The notes beneath the pieces were generated by a model. It was not told where the DNA came from. It saw nothing but the letters and a program-made list of their open reading frames with translations, and did not search any database. A DNA stretch of 64,000 bases, from NCBI RefSeq assembly GCF_048593235.1, contig NC_133620.1, positions 200,820,852 through 200,884,851 on the forward strand. The letters run 5' to 3'. Each line of letters opens with the position of its first letter. Position 1 is the stretch's first letter. Both the position numbers and the translations under genes were made by a program. The stretch comes from Sminthopsis crassicaudata. Taxonomy: Eukaryota. Shown piece after piece: positions 12,198 to 24,329 of the stretch.

Positions 12198-14150
12198 AGA
12201 AGCAGAGCCAAGATGCTTGAGTAAAGGCAGGAACTCACCCAACTTCTCCCCAAATCACTCCAAATTCCTTTAAATAATGATTTTAAAGAGATTTTAGTGT
12301 TAGAACACCCACAAAAGTGGAGCAGAACATTTTCCAGCTGAAGGCAACTTAGAAGGTCAGCGGCACCAGGATACAATCGAATTGTCCAGTTTGCAGTCCT
12401 GGCGCAGGTCATGCTGCAGTTCCAGCCCCAGTCCCAACACCAGCTCTAGTCCTGGCTAAACCCAGTCCCCCCAGTCCCAAGCATCCGTAAGGCATTATTA
12501 GCACCAGTCCTGGAGGCTTCTGGATCTCTAAGGCTGGGAGACACGGGGGACTTTGTAGGTCAGCAGAGAGAGCCTGTGGCACCAGGGTAGGAGTCTGGCA
12601 TGTAGTCCCAGCACAAGCTACTGCAGGATAGCCCCAGCCCCAGTTCCAGGCCAAGTCCTGGTCCCAAACTCCACAAAGCAGTAATCTGTTACTTTAGCCC
12701 ATTAGATCTTTCAGCTACAGCCCACTCCTGACAGCTTCAGGAAAGGAAAAAAAGTGCTTGTGGTTGGGTTCCTAAAAGGATCTCTGAAAATAGCTGTACA
12801 AAACCCCCTAAAACTTGGGACAGTGCATTCTTTATCCTGGAAACAGACTTCTTTAACAAAGAGTTAAAAGCTAGCTAAGAAAATGAGAAGATAGAAAAAG
12901 TTTCTGACCATTGAAAGGTACTATGATGACAAGGAAGATAAAAACACATACTTAGAAGATGATAACAAAGTTAAAACTTCTAAATCCAAAGCCTTCAAGA
13001 AAAAATAAGAATTGGGCTCAGGATGTTGAAGAGTTCAAAAGGGACTTTGAACATCAAAAGAGAGAGAAAGAGGGAAAATTAGGGAAAGAATTGAGGGTGG
13101 TGCCAAAGAAAAGACAAAAGCTAATGAGGAGAAGAATGCTTTAAAAAGCAAAACTGGCCAGTTAGGAGATACAAAAGCCCACTTAGGAAAATAATTCCTT
13201 AAAAATTAAAATTTACATTCTTCAATTGATAAATGGTTAAAGGATATGGAAAGAAAATTTTCAGATGAAGAAATTAAAACTATCTTACTCATAAGAAAAT
13301 GCATAAGACAACTCTGAGATACCATTACACACTTCCCATATTGGCTAAGATGACAGGAAAAAATAATAATAAATGTTAGAGGGGATATGGGAAAACCGGA
13401 ACACTAATACATTATTGGCAGAATTGTGAACTGATCCAACCATTCTGGAGAACAATATGGAACTATGCTCAAAGGGCTGTCAAACTGCATACCATTTGCA
13501 GAAGATTATACTCTATTGGGATTGTATCCTAAAGAGATCATGAAAAAGGGAAAGGACCCATATTTGCAAAATGTTTGTAGCAGCCCTTTTTATAGGGACA
13601 AAGAACTGGAAACTGAATGGATGCCCATTAATTGGAGAATGGCTGAATAAGTTATAGTATTTGAATTTTATGGAACATTATTGTTCTATAAGAAATGATC
13701 AGCAGATGATTTCAGAAAAGGCCTGGAGGGTCTTGCATGAACTGATGCTAAGTGAAGTAAGTAGAACCAGGAGATCATTGTACATGGCAACAACAAAATT
13801 ATGTGATGATCAATTCTGATGGATGTGATTCTTTTCAACAATGAGGTGGGATTCAAGCCAATTTCAATAGACTTGTGATGGAGAAAGTCATCTGCATCCA
13901 GAAAGAGAACTATGGGAACTGAATATGGATCAAAACATAGTTTACCTTTGTTGTTGTCGTTTGCTTGCTTTTTGCTTTTTTTCCCTCATGTTTTCCCCTT
14001 TTTGATCTGGTTTTCTCATGCAGCATGATAATTGTGGAAATATGTATAGAAGAATTGCACATGTTTAACTTATATTGGATTACTTGCTATCTAGGGGAGG
14101 TGGAGAAGAGAGGAAGAAAAAAAATTGAACAGGTTTTGTAAGGGTGAATA
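12198..14150 (+). mobile_element. Internally deleted L1: 5'UTR and ORF1 N-terminus joined to ORF2 C-terminus and 3'UTR
   Basis: L1 5' start gcagagccaagatg; GC-rich 5'UTR; ORF1 (EDDNKVKTSKSKAFKKNKNWAQDVEEFKRDFE) to ~13213, then ORF2 end (IDKWLKDM.RKFSDEEIKT) and 3'UTR. Confidence 0.9.
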
Positions 14151-14153
14151 TTT

Positions 14154-14300
14154 GTTGTCCTGCACTGGTGGTTCTTCTGCCACGGGAAGGCCAGGTCCAA
14201 TTGCCTTTCCCTATCCCCTAATCTTACACTTTCACTCCCAATCTTGAGAAACATAGGATTCAAGGTTAAAGGAAAAATTAGCAAAGAGGAGTCTGTCACA
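14154..14300 (-). mobile_element. Possible LTR 5' fragment abutting the L1 3'UTR
   Basis: Non-L1 147-bp segment; the minus strand starts tgtgacagactcc, and both ends read TG..CA. Confidence 0.35.
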
Positions 14301-15288
14301 ATGAAAATAAAATCATAGAATGCTAATATTTTTCTCATATTGATTTAAGTTTTTAAAAAACATATCTTTAACTTTTCTGGCTTTAATTCATTTCAGTTCA
14401 GCATGGGACAGGCCTTGATCATTCATTGTGTGCTGTATTTTAATTCAACCTCCTTCCCCATAGCCATGAAGTTTACAGAAAGCTTTAGGGATTTCTTTCA
14501 CAATAATTCCCTAGATCTCATTCTTGGTCAGTACAGTGTAGCTCATTTCCATTAAGCAGATAGTTCTTATTTTTTTTCTTCTTCTTTGCTTCAAGACTCA
14601 TAATTCTATGCTTATCTGAACCGAACTTCATTTGCATTTATTAGCTTGGTAGCTACTTGAAATATCCAAACCCCTTTTATCTGCCTGCATTGTTTCTCAT
14701 TATTTGCTGTCTCTCTCAATTTAGTATTAACTGCAAACTTGAAATGCTTCTTCTGAAACCATTGTTCAAATTCTTTGCATACCAAAATGGGCTCCCAAAC
14801 TGGTCTCTTCAGGGATCCCAGCTTAGTAACCTTTTTCTGAGCTTGAAAAATTATAATTTCTAAAATTTCACTTTTCAAGGCAATTTCCAGATATGGATTA
14901 TTTATATATCTATATCTATATGTATATACATATATACAAACATTTATATTATTAGTATAAGTTATATATGTGAATGTGGCTATGAAATGTATTAGCATAA
15001 AGACCGCAGTCTAAATTTTTGTGCCATTTTCATTTCTAAATTTGATATGGCATAACTGGCTTGGGAATCAAGAGACTTGCTCTGGGAAAAACTAAGTTAC
15101 CTCTACTCTGTGTGACTTTGGGCAAGATCACTTTGTTTTTTCAGAATTCACTTATAGATGGCAGGGAGGGGATTTAACTTCCTTTCAAATCTAAAATTTT
15201 CATAGCAATAGGGAGATCAATCTTTGGGAAATTAAATCCCATTCTTCAACAGATTTGGCTCACTGGTGGCCTCTACTGGTTTCTAGCT

Positions 15289-15289
<1 letters not shown>

Positions 15290-15324
<35 letters not shown>
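15290..15324. repeat. poly(T)35
   Basis: Seen directly. Confidence 0.95.
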
Positions 15325-15325
<1 letters not shown>

Positions 15326-15669
15326 ACTTGACTTCTGGATCCAGCTTGATTTTTAAGTTAGGAAATGAACTTCTTTCTTTCCCTCCCTGAGAAAATCACA
15401 CACTCTTTTTTATTTATGTATTTTAAAAATTTCTTAACTATTAGGAACCACATGGAAACATTTGGAGTTTAAATAACACCAAAAGGGAAAGTTAGAAAAG
15501 TTTTCATAGGCAGTAACATTGATTCATTCTGTTTCTCTAGGTACAACAGGCAGGACCTGCCTTTTTTTAGTTTCTTTTCTTTTGGGTTTAGTTGATCTAC
15601 TAAATCTTGTTTTCAATATTTATTGATCCAATCCTGTCTAGGTAAGATGTTAAATTCAGGTTGACTCAA

Positions 15670-16260
15670 TTAAAAAAGTAAGTTGCTATTGTCCACCCTT
15701 CTTTTTTTTCCAAGAGAACTAGTGATACTTTTTCTCAATTCATTCTCCTTAGTAGAAAAGACAGAAGCAAAGAGTTAACCAGCTCTGCTATTTATCTATT
15801 TATTGCTGTTATCTGCTATTATCCACCTCAAGCAGTGGTCCAATCCTTTTTAATCTTCCCTTTTCCTCCTTTCAATATAAGTAAAGAAAATTCTTAGTTT
15901 TTTTTGCCAACCTCAGATTTGAGGAATAGCACTTCTTACACACTACTCTGACTGGATCATGACACATTTTTGTGTTCATCCTTGAATTCCTGCCACCTCT
16001 GCCCTCATCTCTACATGACTTTCTTTAAGATCAAATTTGGTTGATTATTTCTCTATACATCCATATTAATCTATTTGGACAACCATTCCTTTTCTTTTTC
16101 ATTTTAACTGTTTCTCTTTGTGTCTTTAGAATTTCAATTTTGAGAATTTCCTGCCCTCTTGGGATGACTTTCCTGCAAAACTATAGATATGAGAGACTTC
16201 ATCTGAAACCTTGAAGTTTGCATGCCTGAAATCTAAGGTGCCTATCAGACTATACCAGTG
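15670..16260 (-). mobile_element. L3/CR1 ORF2 remnant
   Basis: Reverse CR1 motifs (KAELVNSFASVF, GPLL, TLDF..A.F). Confidence 0.75.
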
Positions 16261-16399
16261 TAAGAGAAGAAGGGATTGAATTACTCAGTTAAGTAATCCC
16301 ACCCCTCTTGATAAGTGATGAGAAGTACTATTACTTCAAAGTGAGAGTGAGAACAAGTCTCAAATAATCAAACGATCAAGTTTAGTCTTACTGATCTAA

Positions 16400-16900
16400 T
16401 ACTTTTTTCCCTCACATATTAAATAATGTTGATAATTACAGCTTTATGCACAATTTGAAATCCACTTTCCATTATTTTCCTAAATAGTCTTGAAATATTT
16501 TTGTCTGTATGAATTGTGTTATTTTGTCTAATTCTATAAAGTATCCCTTCAGTATTTTTATTGTTGCTATATCTGTAGAATGGTTGGGATGATATCAGCA
16601 CTTTCCCCTTCCTATACTGGTATGGCCCCAAATGCAAATTGAGTAATCACACCAAGTATTTATCTTTAGTTTTGGGAAGATGGTCTTATGGTTACATTTA
16701 ATAACTATATATTTTTCCTGTAAGTCTTGATAGCTTAACTATTAAATATTTAATCCTTATATTGTTATTTTAAATTGAATTTTTATTGCATTTGGTTAAA
16801 TATATAGAAATGCTAATGATTTCTATGGATTTATGTTGCATCCTGCTACTTGACTGAAGCTCTTTATTATTTTGACTTAATTTCTATTGATTCTTTCAAA
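16400..16900 (-). mobile_element. Old L1 ORF2 fragment
   Basis: Reverse old-L1 sequence (gatttctatggatttatgttgcatcctgctacttgactgaa). Confidence 0.6.
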
Positions 16901-16939
16901 ACATCCCCTTTGGACAGGAAATTCAAATTTTCATATTAT

Positions 16940-17140
16940 TGCCAAAGCCAGCAACATCTGCCTGATCACCCAGTATTGCAATCTCAATGTCATCATCTTT
17001 GACTCTTCACTATCACTCATCCTACATATTCAATCAATTACCATATCTTCTTTCTTCATAACATATTCACAACATCTCCTTTCCACTCATACAATCTCCA
17101 CACTAATTCAGGTCCTCATTACCTCTTGCCTATTGATGTT
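16940..17140 (+). mobile_element. L2 fragment
   Basis: gtcatcatctttgactcttcact...caggtcctcattacctcttgcct. Confidence 0.7.
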
Positions 17141-17275
17141 GTTCTCTCCTTTGTAATGAATTTAAGCAAAATTTTCTCTGTTTTAACAGTATCAGACTCC
17201 TGGTTTTTACTTAAATTAAAAAAATCCTATGGTACCTGTATCACATTTTTCTTAAGAAATCAAATGCTGACATAA

Positions 17276-17382
17276 CTACAGTCTGGTGCTGGGCCCAGGG
17301 AATCTGGATTTCTCTTTCCCATCAAGTGGCCCCAATTCTGTATTCATACAAGCTGCTGGATTCAGTTCTGGAGAAGAATTAC
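17276..17382 (-). CDS. Unverified candidate terminal coding exon, (G/S/C/R)NSSPELNPAACMNTELGPLDGKEKSRFPGPSTRL*
   Basis: Strong acceptor (ctctctcttttttag|GT); only one frame open, 34 codons to TAG; GC higher than flanks; no homologue recognised. Confidence 0.25.
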
Positions 17383-18399
17383 CTAAAAAAGAGAGAGGTT
17401 GGAATATTATCGTTATCTCTAGCTATTTATGCACCAACTTTGGAATATTAGAGAAAATGACAAAATACAGTTTTTGCCCATGTCTATGGTCTTTCTAAAG
17501 GGAATTAGAATGTCTCTTCTAGAAATGTACTCAATATATAAATTTAGATTACATAATAGATAGCTGTTTATTTGATCCTCACAAAATAAAACTTAAGGTA
17601 CAAAAGACTCATAACCATGAATTAACAAATACTAAAAATATAGAATAGTATTCCATAATGCTCAGAATAATTAATATTGAAAACTTTGAAAAATGAGAAT
17701 TGCTAAAATAAATACTAATTTTACCCTTGGTTCTATATTGTCATAATTCCTTTAAGGTCCATATCTTCTCAAAATAAAAAAACAACAACAACAAAATAAA
17801 ATAAGGTTCAAATTGAACTCATCCTCTTGTGAATGCCCATTTTTGTTTGAGAAGGATTTAGTAGCGCAAAGCTCCTGGTTTTGCTAGTCAGCTCAGAATG
17901 AGGTGACTTTTACCTCATTTAAAAAAAAAAGAAAAAAAAAACCTTTACAGAACTTTTACAATGCCTGAAATCTAAGGTGCCTATTAGACTATACCAGAGT
18001 GGATTGAGTTACTCAGTCAAATGACCCCCATCCTTGATAAATGATGAGATGTACTATTATTTCAAGGTGAGAGTGAGAACAAATCCTAACTTGTAATCAT
18101 CCTCCCCCACCAAAGTCCATGTTCAGATACCTATGCACAAAAAACCATCAACAAAAGACTCATCTCAAGATCCTAGCCACAATTCGTCTGGGCAGCAAAG
18201 TATGAGTCTCATTTGAGAGTCTTACTGTAGCTGTCTACGTGGGGTGTGTGTGTGTGTGTGATAATTCCTTTTTTCTCATGGTAAGGCTAAAAGAAAGAAT
18301 ATCAGAGTCTCCACATCCTTAATTGTAGGGAAGAGAAACAACTAGTGTAGTATAATCTCAGTAGGTCATCTGTTTAGTAGGCTGAATTTCCTGGTTTTT

Positions 18400-18590
18400 T
18401 TGTCAGTTGAAAAGGACAATAGATACAGATTCTTTTTGCTGAAAGACCTACATAATACCAAGAAAATTTCTGATACCCAAGGAAGATTTCTGGATAGATG
18501 TGACCAAGTGTAATGCAGCATGGAGAGCCTGGGCAAGTTATGATCTGAACCAATCCAGGGAGCACCTACATTAATGATATCAAAGCTCCA
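18400..18590 (+). mobile_element. RTE LINE 3' fragment
   Basis: Resembles the marsupial RTE 3' end (gcatgg...gatctg..cca...agggagcacctacattaatgatatca). Confidence 0.55.
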
Positions 18591-19254
18591 ATGAAATATT
18601 GCAATTTTTGGTGTTCTTTCTTTTAATTAGATAATCTGTTATTTTATTTGCTTTTTGTATTTTTTCATTTTAATTGACTCAGCTCATTAACTTTTTAAAA
18701 ATCTCTTGTGAATAGAAATACATGAAGCCGTAAAATTATTTTTTGTATTCTTTGGCAGCATCCTTTAATTTGTATGTACTTTTCTATGTTATATTGTTAT
18801 TCTTAATATAATCTAACATTGGTTTATAGTTCATTCTTCAATTCTTTAAACCATTAATCAAGTAATTTTATTCCTAAGATAAGTTTACATATTTTGATCT
18901 AATTTTTCTTGTCAACTATTTTTGACCACTATGACTCACATATGTAGTGCTTACAATTTCTGTCTTCAAGAATTTGTCTGTAACTGGGGTATAACTTGGG
19001 GTGTGATTCAATTTTGTGAATGGTTTATGTATAGTTAGAAAAAATAGATATTTCTTAATTTGTTGATTCAATTCTCTCTACCTTATCAAATCCAATTTTT
19101 TCAGAAGTCTTTATAATCATAATTTTTTCCAGTTTTCCTTAAAACATTTTGTTAAAGAATTATTGAGATTCCATATAATCATTCTTATCATTAATTTTAT
19201 TTGTATTTTTTGCATTTTAGTTAATTATCACAAATTTTATTAATGAGGTCATAA

Positions 19255-19408
19255 NNNNNNNNNNNNNNNNNNNNNNNNNNNNNNNNNNNNNNNNNNNNNN
19301 NNNNNNNNNNNNNNNNNNNNNNNNNNNNNNNNNNNNNNNNNNNNNNNNNNNNNNNNNNNNNNNNNNNNNNNNNNNNNNNNNNNNNNNNNNNNNNNNNNNN
19401 NNNNNNNN
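19255..19408. other. Assembly gap (154 N)
   Basis: N run. Confidence 1.
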
Positions 19409-19771
19409 AGATCCTGTCCTCAAGGGAGGAAGGTTATATCCTATGGGAGAGATAACATAAAAAGAGGAGATAGAAAAAGAATAAAAGTGTCATGGGATAG
19501 AGTTGGCAGAGTAGTGATTTGGTAGTCTAGTTCTGGCCAAAGTAAGTAAAATATCAGTCAGAGCTTAGAATCCTTGAATCTGATTCCCAGGGTCCAGTCA
19601 GGGCAAGAAAAAGATAATTTCTTGAGAGAAGTTATTAGGAGTGATTAGGAGTTATTAAAATAAATTGTTAATGATTGCTAAAATATGCTAAATTATCTGA
19701 TATAATCATTAGGATTCTGGATATACTAGAGTTAGTTGAAGCAGAGTCAATTTTGATTCTTCCCATGAGAT

Positions 19772-20002
19772 AGGTAGGTGGGGCAATGGATAAAATGCCA
19801 AGCCTGGAGTCTGGAGCACTCATTTTCTGACTTCAGAAATTGACTACCTGTGTGACCATGGGGAAGTTACTTAACTCTGTTTACTTCAATTTTCTCATCT
19901 GTAAAATGAACTGAAGAAGAAAATAGGAAACAACTCAAGTATCTTTGCCAAAAGAATCTCAAATGGTATCACAAAGACGGCAAATGACTGAACAACAACA
20001 AA
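19772..20002 (+). mobile_element. MAR1 SINE
   Basis: Head, core and MAR1 tail (gtatctttgccaaaagaatctcaaatggtatcacaaag...gactgaacaacaac). Confidence 0.85.
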
Positions 20003-20869
20003 TGGTCTTAATGTCATGTTCATCTTTCAAAATTAGACACTTTACTTAACATTAAGTTGGATTTTAAAAATTAATTCAATATCTGGTTTTCTTTTGTGAG
20101 ACAATTCAATATATTTTTGATCAAAGTTATACTTGCTTATTTTCCCAGTTAAGTAGTTCTAACTTTGGGAAAAGAGTTACACTAAGAAAATGGCAGAGTG
20201 GTTCTTTGCATGACTCCCACCTTCATTGTCTCAAAACAATAAAGTAAATTAGTTAGGACAAATAAAATGGGAAATAAAAAATAGAAGAGATCTCTGGAAA
20301 AACCTCCACAGAAAAGTAATACTTTTAAAATAAGATTGGAGAGATTCCTGAAAGATCTAATCTCTATAATTTCTCCAAGGCTGCCTTAGGCCCATTTTGA
20401 CCAATTCTGATAGGCTTTCATTTTGAGCATTGCTGGCTTCTATCCTGTTCTTCCTATGACATAACATAATCTGATTCTGCTCCCTGCAGAATCTCCTTTT
20501 TTTTTTACTCACCCCCAACCCCCTTACCCACCCCACCCCAAACTCTAGGGTGAGAATATTGTATTAGCATAGTTTTACAATGGAAAGAAAAGTAACTGTG
20601 GAAGAGTTGGTTGGGGGAAGAGAGGGTATAAATTCAACTGTAATTGCCTCTCTGAAGATTCTAGGGATCCAGATGTACTATTCCTCTCATTGGAAGAGAT
20701 AATTGAAGCTACTTATCTCTCATTTATAAAGGAGAAAATGTTGTTAGTTGGTTCTGGAGGGATGAGACAGTACGGGGCTTAAGATGTTTGAGAGAGAACA
20801 TAAGGCTAAAAAGTATAGAAAGAAAGGTTGGGTAGGAGTCTAAAGAAGATTGATCAGAGGTGAGACATT

Positions 20870-21500
20870 TAAAAAAGAAAGAAAAATTAGCATACCATCT
20901 TGAAAACTATAAATTAAAATGAATAAATAATATGCAGTGAAGGAAAGGAATTCAGAAACACCCCAAAGTACAAGAAAACAAAAGAATAAGGGTTATCAAC
21001 TATCAGCAATAATGGAACAACAGGAAGAAGTACTGGAATGATTCAGAAGAGATATAAAAATAATTAAAAGGAGCAATTAGAATGTAAATTAGTATAGAAA
21101 TTAGGATGGAAATCAAGGCTTTTAAAAATAAATCAGTAAGACAAAAAAAAGAGTAGACAATTTTGAATACAGCAGAGAATCTCTTTAGGAAACAGTAGAG
21201 GCTGTGACAAAGATTTTCAATAAGAAAAATTTCAGAAGTGAGAGAAAATATGACAGAACAGAATAAAAACAAGTTATAGAAGAGTTTATTCAATTCAAAG
21301 CAAGCTGACCTTCGAGACAGGTTTAGAAAGATAATTTGAGTCTTATAGGTTTACAAAATCACAACAAACTAAAATGCTTGATTACTACAGCAGAAAATCA
21401 TAACAAAATTGCACAGAAAAACAATGAATAAAAATACTGATCAATAAATTCATAGATTAACAATAGAAATAAGTCCAAAATATAGAAAATCAATCGTTTA
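20870..21500 (+). mobile_element. Ancient L1/HAL1 ORF1 remnant
   Basis: A-rich strand with ORF1 motif ADL.DRFRKDNLSLIGL and IHRL. Confidence 0.65.
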
Positions 21501-21549
21501 AATGTCAGAATTCAGAGATTATATTATCTAGAGCTAAAAGTAGCTATTT

Positions 21550-23830
21550 ATAGAGTCCCAGGTCATTTTCTAACTTAGTGAATTTGATATTCAGCTTGCA
21601 ATTTTTCTCTCTAACCTATCCTGCAACATAAATTTTTATTTTTCTTCAAATACCTTAATCAATAATTTCCTCAATCGATGAACCTCCTATGAACTAATCC
21701 TCTTTTCATCTTAGTCACACACAAAATGGTCATACCATCGATTTTTACATTGCTTGCAAATGTACTATGCTTCTTCATCCTCTTATCATATTACTAATTA
21801 TGTCCAGCCTTGAATCACTCCCATTGTGAGCCATTGTGTTTCATGCACACATGCTGCTAAATGAGTCAAGAAAATCATGCAGTTGTTCTGTGTCCACTAT
21901 AAATTTATGTTAAATACCTCAGCTGGGCCTTCACTGCTGCCAGGCAATTTTATTTTCCCGTTAACTCATTATCCCACTATCTACAGCAGCTGTTCTAAAC
22001 CTTTTCAATCTTCCTCAAACCTCCCATTGGCTTACCCCACCTATTCTCTCAGTTGAAAACTTTGTCTCATTTTTTACATAGAAAAATTGAGGTCCTTTAC
22101 TTTTCTATTCCTGCTAGGTGCCTTCTGTTATTCTTTCCTCCTTTACTCCTATCTCACAAAATAAAGTTCTCTCTAAGGCTAAACTTTTTATTTGTTCAAG
22201 TGACCCTATTTCATCCTGTCTCCTCCAATAGATTATTCCCTCTATCACCTTTGCTTTTTTACTTATTTTCAATCTCTCTTTACTGGTTCACTTTCAACTG
22301 TCTATGAATAAGTCTAGTTCTTCTATTCTAAAAAAATCTTTTGCTTGACCCTTCGACATCTGTTAACTATTGTCCTATATATTTTATATAAAGCCTTTGT
22401 AGCTAAGCTCCTCAAAAAGGCCCTTTACAATAGATTCCCCCACTTTCTCTCCTCTAACTCTCTTCTTAACCTCTTCCAACCTGACATCTGAACTTATCAT
22501 TCCACAAAATTACACTTTTCAAAGTTATTGAGTTCTCATTTGCCAAATCCAATGGCCTTTTCTCAATCTTCATGATCCTTGACTTCTCTTCAATACTTAA
22601 CATTGCTCATCATTCTCTTCTCCTTGATGTTCTCTATTCTATTAAGGTTTTCAGGAAACTACTCTCTCCTGGTTTTCTTTTTACTGATTTGACTTTTCTT
22701 CAGCTATTGCCTTTAACAGATCATACTCCAGATCATCTCCTCAAACCCTTGGTGTTCTTTGATGGGTCTTCTCTTATCTCTAGGTTTTTCAGTCATTGAG
22801 TCATGGCTGATGCTTCATGACCTTGTAGATGATAACTTAATGTTGTCCATGGATTTTTCTTGGCAAAAATAATAATGGAGTGATTTGCCACTTCCTTTTT
22901 TTAGTGAATTAAGGCAAACAGAGGTTAAGTGACATGCCCAAGGTCAGATGGCTAGTAAGTGTTTGTGGCCAAATTTGAACTCACATCTTCCTGACTTCAT
23001 CTAGGTGCCTCCTACTTTCCCTCTATACCACCTTAGTTGAGGAATTTAATTAACTGTATCTATGCTGATCACTATCAAATTCATCTGTCTTGCCTCAGTC
23101 TCTCTGTTGACCCCTAATTTTGCATTTCCAACTGCTTTTCAATTTTAATTAAGTGTTCAGGAGACATCTTGAACTCATTATAGCCAAAGCAGAATTCCTA
23201 AACTATCCTCCTCTTCTTACCTTCCCTATTATTGTATAGGGCAACACCATTTTCTTAGTCCCTCAGGCAAACAATCTAGGAGTTGTACTGAATTCTTCAT
23301 TATCTCCCACCACTCACTTCTCCTTCCCTTGATTTTACCTTCACAACATCTCTCAAATATAATCCTTTTCGCCTCCGATACTCCTACCACTTTAGTACAG
23401 GTCTTCACCACTTTGAATAGCATGTTCGTGGATTTGCCAAATCTTTCTCCACTACAATTTATCCTCTATTCAGTCATTAAAGTGATCTTGCTAGAATATA
23501 GGTCCAGCCATGTCATCTGCCTATTCAATAAATGCCAGTGGCTTCCTATTGTTACTAGAAGCAATTACAAAATGCTCTGAAGTTCAAAGTCCCTCATAAA
23601 TTAGCTCTTCCTACATTATATCTTAGTCTCCATTATGTACTCTTCAATCCAGTGAAACAGGCTTTTTGTCAATTCCATGAACATGACTCTCCATCTATTG
23701 TCTTCAGATATTTTCTCTGCTTCTCCTCATACCTGGACCATTCTTCCTCCTCCACTCATACTACTGACTTCCATGGCTTCCTCTAATTAAAATTTGACCT
23801 TATACAGGAGTCCTTTCCCATCCTTTTTAA
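21550..23830 (+). mobile_element. ~2.3-kb L2 fragment with nested MAR1
   Basis: L2 RT-region motifs (cttccaacctgacatctgaacttatcattccac; ccaaatccaatggcc; ccttgacttctct; catcattctcttctccttg) and L2 3' sequence. Confidence 0.85.
22785..23005 (-). mobile_element. MAR1 SINE nested in L2
   Basis: tttcttggcaaaaataataatggagtgatttgcc...ggttaagtgacatgcccaaggtcag. Confidence 0.85.
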
Positions 23831-24329
23831 TTCTAGTGTTTTCCTCTTTTTCAATTTTTTTTTGTAGTACCTTGGGGAAAGTGTTAATATCCCTATTTTA
23901 TGGGAGAAGAAACTAAGGATTAGAAAGGCTAGGAATGGTACTCTTGAATAGTTAAGTGCTAGAATTAGAACATGAACTTAATTTCTATTGTTTAATCAGA
24001 ACACTCTACTTTTAAAATAGAATGAATTTCAAATAAGGAGACACAGAATGAAGATGACAGGTCAGTCTTTTGTTAGAGAGACAAAGAGGGGAGCCAGTTT
24101 TGGGAAAGTTATATTTGCATTTAGGTGGATAGGTTTTATGCAATTCACTTCACTTCAACAAACATTATTCACTTACTATGTCCAAACCATTTTGTTAAGA
24201 TGAAGGAATACCAGACCACACCAGACCAAACCAGACCAAAAACTGCAACACTTCTACCTTTAAATATCTTATATTCTACTGTCATGGTTTGGAGAACAAC
24301 ATATAAAGCAATAAATGTAGTATAAGGGA

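Noticed and set aside
18374-18565. Cys-rich minus-strand ORF
   Set aside because: It is antisense to an RTE 3' fragment.
21003-21293. Hydrophobic 96-aa minus-strand ORF
   Set aside because: It is antisense to an A-rich L1/HAL1 ORF1 remnant.
24211-24240. ccagaccama x3, checked as a CRISPR-like or functional array
   Set aside because: It is a short simple tandem repeat with no spacers. No CRISPR, rRNA or true tRNA gene was seen anywhere; the tRNA-like A/B boxes belong to SINE heads.
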